A model generated the notes under the pieces. It worked only from the letters and a program-made list of their open reading frames with translations, ran no database searches and was not told the origin of the DNA. 64,000 bases of DNA from Negaprion brevirostris. Its lineage: Eukaryota. Positions 13,382 through 24,965 of the stretch are shown piece by piece (the first letter of the stretch is position 1; the number at the start of each line of letters is the position of its first letter). The stretch lies in assembly GCA_030324005.1 (NCBI GenBank), contig JARDVH010000097.1:43019796-43083795 (forward strand), written 5' to 3'. The position numbers were made by a program, and so were the translations under genes.

Positions 13382-13559
13382 CAGTAAAAGTCTCACAACA
13401 CATAGCAAAAGTCACTTGCTTTCGAAGCATCGCCACCTGACAAAGGGGCAGCGCACTGAAAGCTAGTGGCTTTTGCTACCAAATAAACTGTTGGACTTTA
13501 ACCAGGTGTTGTGAGATTTCTTACTTGTATACCCCAGTCCAACACTGGAAATTCCATAA
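13382..13559 (+). mobile_element. Short palindromic Penelope-like element with a degenerate hammerhead motif and 13-bp TSD
   Basis: Inverted arms gtaaaagtctcacaacac / gtgttgtgagatttcttac enclose the core cacctgacaaaggggcagcgcactgaaagctagtg. The direct repeat caagccaccaaca flanks it at 13369-13381 and 13560-13572. Confidence 0.75.
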
Positions 13560-13920
13560 CAAGCCACCAACAGCAGATGTTCAACTCCAATAAGGCTTTC
13601 AACTAACCAGCAGAGTTTCCAAAACGGGGAGAGAGAAACACTTCTTTTCAGCTTGATGCCCGAAAACTCAAACTGCCAGTCAAAACAGAAAATGAAACCT
13701 TGAATTCACTATGAAAAAGAAAATTGTCCAAAACACATGACCTACCTACCAACAATGCAGGGTCATAAACATCCCAGAGTAAAAATAAACAAACCACATT
13801 TAAACAACTGAAGGAGCAATAAAAGGACTTCTACAGATAACTTGGCACCATTGACATAGGATGAGGCTGGGAAAGCTGCAGAGAATATGATTTAAGAAAA
13901 ATCTCAATGGTTTGAAATTA

Positions 13921-13954
13921 TTTGCCTGCCACCCTTCTTAGGGTGGCAGGCAAA
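13921..13954. repeat. Perfect 15-bp inverted repeat with a 4-nt spacer
   Basis: tttgcctgccaccct-tctt-agggtggcaggcaaa. Confidence 0.95.
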
Positions 13955-14097
13955 AGGCAGGGAATTATAGGCCGGTCAGTTTAACGTCTGTTGTAGGNNN
14001 NNNNNNNNNNNNNNNNNNNNNNNNNNNNNNNNNNNNNNNNNNNNNNNNNNNNNNNNNNNNNNNNNNNNNNNNNNNNNNNNNNNNNNNNNNNNNNNNN

Positions 14098-14174
14098 ATC
14101 TTATTGAATGGCGGGGCAGGCTCGAAGGGCTAGATGGCCTACTCCTGCTCCTATTTCTTATGTTCTTACGTTCA
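14098..14174 (+). mobile_element. Young CR1 LINE 3' end (body lies in a gap)
   Basis: attgaatggcggggcaggctcgaagggctagatggcctactcctgctcctatttcttatgttctta. Confidence 0.85.
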
Positions 14175-14938
14175 TTAACGTCAACTGACACAGACAGAGA
14201 TTTCCAACATGGCTTTCAATTATTGCGATTTGGTAGACTGAACAATGCACTCCAGATGGAAACACCAAAATTTTAATTGCAATTACTGATACTTTGCATT
14301 GTTGCTCCCATAGGGAGTAACTTTTACCACCCAAGTTTTCTAGGTAAAACCAACAAAATGTATGGATGGGATCTATGTTTCTCTCAAGACATCTGTGTGC
14401 AAATCATTGGAAAAAAGGTACAACATTTTGCTGGGGCGGAAAGAGATAATTTGCACGAGTTCCTGGTAGAGGCAGCTTGCAAGTACTGACATGGCTTTTC
14501 ATTTATATATTTTAATTAATTTTTTAAATTGTTTTTCGTCCAAACAATTACCAAATCAATTGCACAAAATGAGCCTTAGAAACCACCCAACTTAGCTTGT
14601 AAATGCCAACACCCATTGTAGCAATTAACGCCACGTCATTTACTTAAATACGTGGATGAAACAAGAGTGCAATGCTAAAATTACATTGCTATACAGGTTT
14701 TAGCTCATGCTCACTGGAAAGTGTGCCATCCTCTGGTGCAACTTTATTGGTCGTGTTTTTCCTTCAACACCACCACCATTACAAAGTTCACAATATCCTG
14801 GGGGCCACTTCTTAGAAGTTGAACTGAATCAGTCATATCAATATTGTGAAATAAACTGCTTCATATTCTGCAATGAGTGGAGCAACAAATGGACCTTGAA
14901 GACTCGTTAACAGTGAGATGTAATTACTGCTCATCTGG

Positions 14939-15310
14939 ATGGGAAGAGTTGCAATGTTACATCAAACAGGACACCATACAGGAGAGCAATTTGCTTGATG
15001 GCATCCTTGCCAGGAGTCTTATTTCTATTCTGACTCCACACATCAGCATACTGTGGCTGCAGTATATACTATGAGATATGCTGCAATAATCCTCTAAGTT
15101 ACTTCAACAGCTCCTCTCTCCACCAGTGAAGTCAACATGAGAACATCACCTCCAAGTCACACCATCTTGACTTATATTGCCATTTTTCCATTATGACTGG
15201 ATCAATTTCTTCAAATAGTTGACTTAACACCATCACAAGGAGCTCAGCCGTTTCGAGAAAAAAGACTCACCATCACAGGATAGTTACGAGCAATAAATGC
15301 AGCCAAATAA
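14939..15310 (+). mobile_element. Degenerate 3' end of a CR1-like LINE, containing copy 2 of the duplication
   Basis: Same family as 31790-32660 (cctccaagtcacaccatcttgact, gcaataaatgc tail). Confidence 0.7.
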
Positions 15311-15329
15311 GTGCTGCGAACAAACAAGA

Positions 15330-15830
15330 ATTTTTTATATAGGACATTGGCCTATTTCAATGCCCTATCAGTTCATATCAGTATTCATGCTCCACTTGAA
15401 CCTCCTACATCTAAATCTGCTAACATAGTTACCTATTACTTTCTCCCTCAAATGCTTGCCTTGCTTCCCCTCAAATGTATCCATACTATTAGCTTTAACA
15501 ATTCCCCATGGTGGCAAGTTCAACATTCTAACTGCTCTTTAGGCAAAAAAGTTTCTTCTGAATTCTCTACTGGATATAAATGATTGCTTCTCTTCTGCAA
15601 GTGATCTCTAGTTATGCTCTTCCCCACAAAAGGAAATATCTCTTTTGCATCGACTTGACCAATCTTTTATAATTTTAAAGACCTCTTACTAGGTCAACCC
15701 TCAGTCGCTCTTTCTCACAAGGAAAGCCAGCCTGTCAATCCTTTCCTGACATGTACGTCCAAGCACTCTTAGTATCACTGTAAATCTTTTCAAAGCTTCC
15801 ACGGTGGCTCCATATTCTTTTTCAGGCCCA
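15330..15830 (-). mobile_element. CR1 LINE 3' fragment
   Basis: Antisense CR1 3' motif ttttataattttaaagacctcttactaggtcaaccctcag. Confidence 0.65.
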
Positions 15831-17522
15831 ATCCTTGAAGGCCTGATCCATGCCATAAAAAAAATCAAACTACACAAAGGTATGATATACAAATATTTAG
15901 GAAATGCCAACAAGTAGCAGACACGCTGTACTGCTACACGAACCTATCCCCCTCAGCTCCCAATTTTGATAACCATGGTGAAACAAAAAGAGCTGAACCC
16001 TTTCATACAACTGTGAGGGTGAATCAATATTTTTATGGACAATTCACCATTTTGGACTGTTTACAAAACCTTTAATTCTTTTGGCATCTTTGGGAAAAAA
16101 GCCTTTTCTTTGAATATTATATATGGTAATCATCTGCACAAGACCACTTCAATTTTGCTACAAAAAACTTGCCAAGCTGGACCTTTGAAAACTATGCAGA
16201 CGCATCTCTGATTTCTCTATTGCTAATTTGCCCCCCTAGAGATTAAAAACTAAATTTCAGCTCCTATTGTACAGAAAGGTTCTTTCCCTTCTCAATCTCT
16301 TTCCTCCAAACACTCACACAGAACTTTTCCAAGGGCTAGTAGTCCTGTCACGCTCAATGAATCTCAACTGTACCAAGTACGATGATGCCACTCAGTTCAA
16401 GAACAATTAGGAATGGGCACAAATGCTGTCCCAGCCAGCAGGCTCACATCCCATGAATAAATAGAAAAATAAAACCTCTGATCTGGCACACTGATTAAGG
16501 TTAACTTGCATTTGAGGAATGACTGGATGTCCTTTGGCCTGTTAGCCTTTCACCAATTGGCATGGATTTCATCGAGAATCTGCCTCATTAATGGTTTCTT
16601 CATTTTCAATGATCACATTTCTATCAATGCTGAAATGCAGAAACTGCACTGTGAAGCTTCTCATTACAGTGCATCAAAAGGCATCTTTTCTCTCAGCTCT
16701 GCAACTATTTCAAAGCTATGACTAAGTTTTATTAAAAGTGCCCCATGAAAGGGCCCCTTAAACCAACAGTGCATTCCTGTCACACTGCCTCTGACCTCTC
16801 CTGAGCAGATTCTTTTCAGGTTTTGATTTCAAACTGTACCATTATTTCATGGATTCAAGATTTTTATTTTGAGGCCAGGCAGGGTTCAGATCCCTCCAAT
16901 GTTTCTGGGACCTCAATGTGCAGGTAGTGCTCCTTCTGGTTATTCTCCAGCCTCCCGCAGTAATGCTGAATCCCATTATCATTGCAGAAAATATTCCAGC
17001 CCTCCCCAATGTAGATATGTCCATGCAGCTCTCACTCCTCCCGAGTCTCGAAGGTGTGTGCACTCTCTCATACGAGGAGCAACCCCAAGAGCTTCAGGTA
17101 CCCTCCCGTTTTATTACATTTTCTGATCTCCAGGCTGCTGATGCCTTCCCTTACCATAACAATCCCATCTGCAGGCCAGTACTGAGCCAGAGAAGCTTGT
17201 TGCCACTAACCATGAGGTCACTGTAACATCAAGCTGTGCCTTATCCCAAATGAGCACACAAGCCTTGCCACTCCCTGGACAAGTAGGACATGCATGCCAT
17301 GCATAGCCTTCAACATAACACGCAAAGCTCCAAAGTTGCTTTTAATCTTTCACTCTGGCTTGTCGGTCCCAAACCTGAGACTACAACTATCTTTCAAGAA
17401 GCTCCCCTGTTCCCTCATGACTGATCCCAACAGAACCTGCCTCCCCCCATCACCTGTTTCTGTTTAGGGATGCATCACTGCATAATGGTGTCCTTGCAGA
17501 GTATGGAGGTAGCTACCATGAG

Positions 17523-17819
17523 TTCAAAGTTTATTTACTGGTGTCACAAGTAGGCATACATTAACACTTCAATGAAATTACTGTGAAAAATCCCCCAGTC
17601 GCCACACTCCGGCACCTGTTTGGTGCATGGAGGGAGAATTTAGTATGGCCAATGCACCTAACCAGCACGTCTTTTGGACTGTGGGAGGAAACCAGAGCAT
17701 CCGGAGGAAACACACACAATCACAGGGAGAACATGCAGACTCCGCACAGTGACCCAAGCCAAGAATTGAACCTGGGTCCCTGGTGCTGTGAGGCACCAGT
17801 GCTAACTACTGAGCTGCCC
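17523..17819 (-). mobile_element. HE1-like SINE with an alternative 3' tail
   Basis: Head and core match the other copies (ggactgtgggaggaaaccagagcatccggaggaaac). The tail differs and ends ...cacagtaatttcattgaagtgttaatgtatgcctacttgtgacaccagtaaataaac. Confidence 0.85.
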
Positions 17820-20800
17820 ATGAACAGACCACCCTGCACCCCCATCACCAAGATATCGGATCACTTTGAAGTCACAAGTGAAGTCACACTGGGGCACACT
17901 ACTCATTTTCAAATGTGTTTCAGACTGGTCTGAATTCCCACTGACAAGATGCAAGGTTGGAGAGAGACACTGATCTGCAGGATACCCAAAACCATAAACT
18001 CCATAAAACCCATCACAGGAAGGGAAGGAAAATTCTGCACTTTGACTATTCTGGACTGGCGTAGTAAGAAAAGTGTCAACTCTATTGAAAATTGCCAGTG
18101 TTTTGAATATGCTGAGCACACTATATTCTAACAGTTGAGATAAATGCCTTTATTTTTACCGTAGATCTACTTTACAATTAAAAATGTAAATCATTCATAA
18201 ATCATTTTAATCCAAAACAAATCCCCTCACACTAAAGCCATCACATGACCAGACACCACCTTTCATTTCGCTACTTGTGTTGCAAAACCTCGTGTCATTT
18301 CCCCTCATTCCTCTATGACTATCCTGATAATCAGACGTCAAATCAAATATTCTCATATCACAAAACATTATCGATCCATTGTTGCAGTGAGTAGTTGCGC
18401 CGAGGAACAACTTCATGCTCTCCCAGAAATTTCTGGAGAAAAGTTTGTGAAAATATTCACTCGCTTCTCCACATCTTTCCAAAAAGTAAATGGAGAGAAC
18501 TGCTAATAGGTTTATTAAAAACTAGATGGAATTAAGAATAGGGCTGCTTGATGCCTAAATTGCCTATTGCATCAAAAGAGTCTCCCTACTAACTGTAACC
18601 AATTTGGGTGCGGAGAAACAGCAGCATTAATATATGGCTCCACAAAGGCTACCCTGTAATAATGCACTGTCCAAAAAGTTGACAGTCAACTTTTCAAAAC
18701 TTGTCCCTAGCCGCAGCTAGCTATTCTTTTCGAACCTCACTTGTGGTGCAAAAATCATGAAATCCAACCAGTTCTATAAATTTTAAACTGTTGATGCGAT
18801 GGAAATTTCCTCAATGACAACGTTAGATGATTTCCAAAAGAGTTTGTTCTCTTTCTATCGATCTTCATCCAGCACAGTTTCCACTTAATTCTGAAGCAAT
18901 GCCTCTGGTGGTGTGGGCATTAAACTGTCGATCTACATTGGACACTAGGATGTAAATACAGTATTAGATTTCATTGAATGGATAGCCAATTTGGATTCGA
19001 GTAAAAAACACGCAGCTATTTAAACACCTCATAAAGACAAGATTTGGACCTCAATTAAGGCAGTTTAAATCCAGAACAAGTCTGCATAAACAGTCACCAC
19101 CAGCGGGTAGAATTTATTCTGCATGTTGGCTCTGTTGTTACATGAAACTTTATGCTGCAAGTCAGCTTGAGAAAGGATCCAAGAGTGCTGTTCTCCCAAA
19201 TTTACCTGTTACATTGTAACACTGATCTATTAACTGTCTGGGGTAAATGCACCCCACCTCGGATGACCACTAAATATAATTAAATCATAATGTCAGTAAT
19301 ATTACAACAGAAAATACATGCACGGGTGGTGATGTAATTGTGATTATGTGAAGACGGGGATGTCCTAACAGATAAAATAGTGCTGCAGCCTGTGCAACTC
19401 AAACAATCAAACTCAGACCCTAGCAAACATCCAAAGAGGACCATTACAATTACAAGTCTTTCTGGCCAGTAGCTCTAGAGAAGTTCAAAGCAGGTTTACA
19501 CCAGCACAAGTAACTCATTTTTAAATATAAAGTTTAAGATGCAAAGTTATGTCCTCAAAACATTAAAGCACGGAAAACAAATGTTTAAAATCAGCTCAAT
19601 TTCTACTCTCACCAATGTCCTGAGGTTGTTGTGATCAAATTCCCAGTCAAGATCTTCTGCACAAAATCTTGGTCAATGATCCAACACAGCACTGGGGTGG
19701 TGTCCTTTGGGCAAAATGTCAAATCAAAATCCCTCCTATAGGTCCCATTATTCAAATGGATATTAAAGAATCAACGTCAATTTTACAAGTTCATACTCGT
19801 CACCAATATTCTCTCGGACAACACTAATCACCTCTGCATGCCATCTAAACATCTATCCTTTGTTTGGGCTGGGTCCAAATTGCCCAATAACATCTGGTGC
19901 ACAAGAATATAACCCAAGGGTTCATAATCAAAGATAGGTATGCATGCCTTTTGTAAGCTATTTCCCTGAAGGTAGAACAAAAAAAGGATGAAGCCAAATA
20001 CGAATGNNNNNNNNNNNNNNNNNNNNNNNNNNNNNNNNNNNNNNNNNNNNNNNNNNNNNNNNNNNNNNNNNNNNNNNNNNNNNNNNNNNNNNNNNNNNNN
20101 NNNNNNAATGTTTAAACTTCTTTACTCTAAGGTCTATGAACATATAAACCTAAAGCAATACATGGACTGATTCTCAAATCTTAATCAGAACAAGTTATTC
20201 TTGCAGAAAAGCTTTACACATCAGTTGGTCATTTTGCATCAACCTAAAATAGAATAACTCCCAAAAATATTCCAACCTCTTATATTTTTGTTATCAGGCT
20301 GCTTCACAACGGCCTCAAAACCTTGACTTTGTGTCTCTATCCTTGCCTCAAAAGATATCAAACATCTTACCCAAAGTGGTGGCAGATGATCTTCAAATTA
20401 GCAAGACAATTTTATTAATTGCTTGTGAGACAACTTAAAACTTGGAATCATAAATCCCAGTTTTTTTTATATCGTTTTTCCTCCACGTTCAAGTAGCAGA
20501 GACTGAACATAATTGGTGTTAACATGTTCCAGCCAGCTGTCAGTGCTTTTAGACTTCATTCTCCTCTGCCAAGACTGCATTTCTAGGACCCTGCAGATTA
20601 AAAACAACACAGCTTCTTTTCTCCAGTCACAACCATTGCCTTTAACTTATTGCCTGCCTCCTCCACACTCACTTCCTCTATACAAGTATATGGACTTCAT
20701 GGACTCCTAAGTCTGTTAGCAATGTTTACTGTTTCCTTCTCCTTGCCCACCAAGCAAAGCATCTTTATTCCCAAAAGCTTCCCAGTGACCAGTTTCCTTC

Positions 20801-21119
20801 CCAACATCTCATGCCTCTCCAAACTCCTCTTACTTATGAGCACCTTTGATTCAATTTCTACAACACCTCTGTTCACCTGTCCTGGCTCCCATGTTAATTG
20901 ATATTATAAAGGGTCTCATCAGTCACACAGTAAATTTGCTTGCACCCCCCAGACCCCTCTTTCCTTGCTAATGAAGGCTGAACTCTAACCGTCCTTTCTT
21001 CTAGTTTCTCCAGCCTATTGTCACCTCCCAAATTTGCAGCCATCTTTCCTGTCATTCCAAGTTTGAAACTCGAATCAGATGTCCTTTTCTGAAAAACACT
21101 AATGAAAGTAATAAAAGAT

Positions 21120-23140
21120 ATCTATCACCAACGTGAACCTATTATATCATCTTTAAAGACCATAACTAATTTGTCAAGAATGTCCAAATGATTGGGAAAA
21201 GGGAATTCTATTTTTACTGTCTGCCATTTGGGATGCCCTAATGAATCAACAGGATTCAGTCCTTTCGATATGACATACGGGCATGAGGTGAGAAGACCTC
21301 TTAAGAAAAATGAAGAAAACATTTACAAACCAAAACTCAGACTACATTTCTGATCAATTTCCAGTGTACGTTCAATTGAGACATTCAAGAGGGCATTATA
21401 TGACTATTTGAATAGAAATCAGGTGCAGGGAAAAGGCAAAGGAATGGCACCATGTCGGAATGTTTATTTAGAGAGCCGATGCAGAGAGCCATAATAATTG
21501 AAATTCTGCCAGATTAGCCAAAGAACACTTGAAAATTGCTCAACCAATGATAATTAAAGCAGATAAAAATGCCACAACTCAAACTTTGGTCGCTGGAGAC
21601 ATGGTGTTAATATCATTAACCATCTCTGGTGAACGGTTAAAGGGAAGCTCACTGGACCTGATAAAAATCAAAAAAACTCAATTCAAATTATACTGCAAAT
21701 GCTCCAGATAGGAGGAAGAATCAGAGAGTGCAACATATTAATATGTTATAGCAATATGACAGGGAAGATAGTCAGCATAAGAGTGAATGTATTTACAGAA
21801 GGAAATTAGGGGGTGACTTTTTTTAAGTCAGAATATTTGACAATTAATTATAGTCAAAAATTCTAAAGTTGATTCTCCTACGGGGATACTTAAAAATGTA
21901 GGTGTAATATTAAGCTACTTTCCAGAAAACTGAGAGGGTGACTTAAGAAAGATATTACAAATTCATGAATTGATTCATAATATAGAGGCTATGTTACCCA
22001 CAAATGCAACATCCTCACAGAGATCCAGAGAAGTTAGCCAAAAGGAAGAGATCAAATTCATGATGGAAAATGACATTATTTGAACAGTAGTTTGAGCATA
22101 CCTATTATAATGGTACTGGAACTGGATNNNNNNNNNNTGGAGCGCTGCGATCATCATAACATTAATGCTGCAATAGGTGGATTTTTATCCAATTCCACAG
22201 CTAGAAGACTGTATCGAGAAGATTGGACAGGTCACATTGGTTTCAAAGAACTGATTTATTGAAGGGATATTGGCAAGTTCCATTAATCGATTCAGCCAAA
22301 GAGATATCAAGTTTTTTAATCGTAGATGGACTTTATCAATGTAAAGTCACATCTTTCATTCTAAGAAGAAAGCATCAGCGACTTTTCAAAGATTAATCAA
22401 CAAGGTCATCTAAAAAATTATGCTACTATGGAGTATTGATGATTTAGTTGCCAAACCCAGGAGGAAAGTTTACACCACTTGAACAAATTAGATTGGTTAC
22501 AAAGAGCCAGTCTGATCATAAATTAGCAAATGTAACTTGTTAGGCCACATAGTGGAACAAAGTTAAGTCATGCCCACCGATGCAAAATAAAGTCTTTTTT
22601 GGATTTTTCAGTGCCTAAGGAAAAAACAAGAGATTGTGACATATAGGCATGAGCACATTCTATTGTATGTTTATCCCAAATTTCACACCGTAGTGGCTCT
22701 CCTGACAACTTTGTTAAGGAAAGGCAAGAAATTTAAGTGGACAAAGATGTGTTAAGAGCTTGAAAGCTATACCGACTACTGCAACACATTATGTCAAGCT
22801 GTTTAAACAGGTTGTGATGCAGTTTTCTTACAGGAGGAGAGATGGGGACCAAATTGCCAGTTAGTTACTTCGTTCAAAGTTGAATTCTCACAAGTAAAAT
22901 ATTCAACTGTGGGTAAAGAAAGAGAGTTTGGTTTGCCTTGTAAGAGTTTGAAGTCTACATCTCTAGTAACTCTGCAGAGGCCTTTACTAATGCAAACCAT
23001 AATGCCCAAACCTTTTTAGCAAAACTTCATCCCAAGTATCTAAGACTTTGTCACTGAAGTTTAATGCTACAACTGTATAATTTAAAAATTATTTGTGTAG
23101 ATGAGACAATCTCATTGCAGATGCTTCGTCAAGAGTGTAA
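21120..23140 (+). mobile_element. Decayed Ty3/Gypsy pol with Gmr1-type order (integrase, RT, RNase H)
   Basis: Integrase: DWEKGILFLLSAIWDA/NESTGFSPFDMTYGHEVRRPL (~21190-21302), then LAKEHLKIAQ..ADK..GDMVL and APDRRKNQRVQHINML. RT: YPIPQLEDCIEKIG, DLLKGYWQVPL, ASATFQRLINKV, IDDLV (~22180-22450). RNase H: AVFLQEE, KYSTVGKE, DNLIADASSRV* ending at 23140. Many stops and frameshifts. Confidence 0.88.
21380..21505 (+). mobile_element. CR1 3' tail fragment nested in the Gypsy integrase
   Basis: gagacattcaagagggcatta...gggaaaaggcaaaggaatggcac...agagagccgatgcaga interrupts the integrase homology. Confidence 0.55.
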
Positions 23141-23250
23141 ACGTGGATGNNNNNNNNNNNNNNNNNNNNNNNNNNNNNNNNNNNNNNNNNNNNNNNNNNN
23201 NNNNNNGTAACTGCTAGAGTAAGTTCTGTATAATTAAGATAGAGAAAGTG

Positions 23251-23514
23251 ATCATAGAATCTCTACAGTGCAGAAAGAGAACATTGCACCCATCAAGCCT
23301 GAGCCAAAAAAAATCCTATCCATTCCCCCCACTCCGTAACCCTACATATTTATCCTGCTAACCTCTCAGACAGTTTAGCATGGTCAAGCCATCTAACTTG
23401 CACATTTTTGGACCGTGGGAGAAAACTGGAGCACCTGGGGGAACGTGCAAACTCTGCACAGAGTCACCTGAGGCCAGAATTTGTTCGAGTCCCTGGTGAG
23501 GTAGTGCCACCGTG
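23251..23514 (-). mobile_element. HE1-like SINE
   Basis: Antisense tail atcatagaatctctacagtgcagaa and core ggaccgtgggagaaaactggagcacctgg. Confidence 0.8.
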
Positions 23515-23599
23515 ATAAAAGAATTTTTAATAGAAAATTATCTCAAAGGTGNNNNNNNNNNTTTTCATTTCGCCCCCCCCCCCCCCCCGCCCCCCACAG

Positions 23600-24025
23600 A
23601 TGTGTAATAAACAATATATTAAGTTGAATTTGTGGTCATATTGGTGTGTCAAGAAAGGTAAACATGGTTTCAGTTTCACTTTGGTTTTGTTAATGATCTT
23701 TGGTGACCGAATGTCTACATAGTCTTGTGATTGAAAGGTTCCAGGTCTTTGGAGTTTGTTTGTGTACATACATTTGCAATGAGGTCTTACAATGCTGAGG
23801 CTAAAGAGAAGAGTTCAAAGTGTGATGATTTTGGAAACAAAGGTAAAAGCTTTACTGTTGCCTCGCCTTATATTTAATATTTGCTACTATATATAAACTG
23901 TAGTTCAGTTTTCCTGTTTTAAAAATATTTTGCACTTCAGTCATTTATCCCCACGAAGTTAGGATTTATGAAGCCAGGTTTCTGGGATCTGAACTGTCCA
24001 GCGTTAACGATACGTGGGATCATAA
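23600..24025 (+). mobile_element. Possible 3' LTR of the Gmr1-like element
   Basis: Lies downstream of pol, starts tgtg and ends ...gggatcataa. No matching 5' LTR was found. Confidence 0.3.
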
Positions 24026-24644
24026 ATCAGCTATTTTGACTTTGGTACTGCCACTATGACAGTACTCCAAAATCTCCATTATCTACCATTGCCACAGCAT
24101 GAATACATCACCAGGGCATTGATTTTGTCTGCTTATCAGCATGCCGTTAATCACCAAATACTGTAAAATGCTGATGTCTAGATTACCATTCTGACAAGAG
24201 GTGGTAGAATCCCAATTTTTACCCAAGTAGAGCTGGACAAGGACATAGAACACACAGTGAATCAACGTAGGAGTATTTCGAGGAATCGAAAAGATGCCAC
24301 AATCCATTCTTTTGCAACCATGAAAATGGAAAGCCAAAGTGCAACAGAGGGTCAAACTTAAAGGACAACGGCTTTTGATAGAAAAAGTTGCCTTCAAGTG
24401 GGTTGAAGGGTTCCTGATGAATCGAACAACTAGCAAAATTCTAGGTATTTTACACAATTGATTTACTGCTTATAGGTTCCCAGGAAAATCAGATCTGACA
24501 ATAGGTCTTTGTGCAGAAGACTTTTCAAATTTCCTGAAAATTAACTGAAAATAAAATTCCACCTTATCATCTGGTTTCAAATTGAGCAGAGAACACCATT
24601 TAAATTGTTATGTACACCATTGACAGATCACAGAATTGTTTTAT

Positions 24645-24965
24645 CTATTCATTCATGCGATGCAGGTCTGGAAATCACTGGCTGGGCCAGCGTTTATTGT
24701 CCAATCCTGAGGACATTTTAAGAGTCAACCACATCAATGTGAGTCACCTGAAGGTCAGATCAGGTAAGGACAGCAGATTTTCCTTCCCTAGAGGGCATTA
24801 GTGAACCAGATGGGTTTTTATGACAATCAAGGTTTCATGGTCATCGGTAGACTTTTAATTCCAAAATTTTTACAGAATTCAAATTTCACCATCTGCTGTG
24901 ATGGGATGCAAAACCAGGTTCCGAGAGCAATACTCTGGATTACTAGTCCAGCAATTATACCACTT
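24645..24965 (-). mobile_element. Third tRNA-SINE family (tail shared with the CR1-like LINE)
   Basis: Minus-strand head agtggtataattgctggactagtaatccagag, core ccatctggttcactaatgccctctagggaagg, tail caataaacgctggcccagccag. Confidence 0.75.

Noticed and set aside
7466-14174. Near-identical inverted sequences at 7466-7537 and 14101-14174 as TIRs of a 6.7-kb transposon
   Set aside because: Both are ordinary CR1 3' tails from independent insertions, each truncated by a gap, and there is no transposase between them.
12980-15125. DGR-like template/variable repeat interpretation of the duplication
   Set aside because: The mismatches show no adenine specificity on either strand and include indels. 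There is no DGR RT, and the context is a vertebrate intron.
23573-23595. Poly-C and poly-G tracts (also 55391-55401, 62880-62889) as G-quadruplex elements
   Set aside because: These are simple homopolymers, one of them next to a gap, with no evidence of function.
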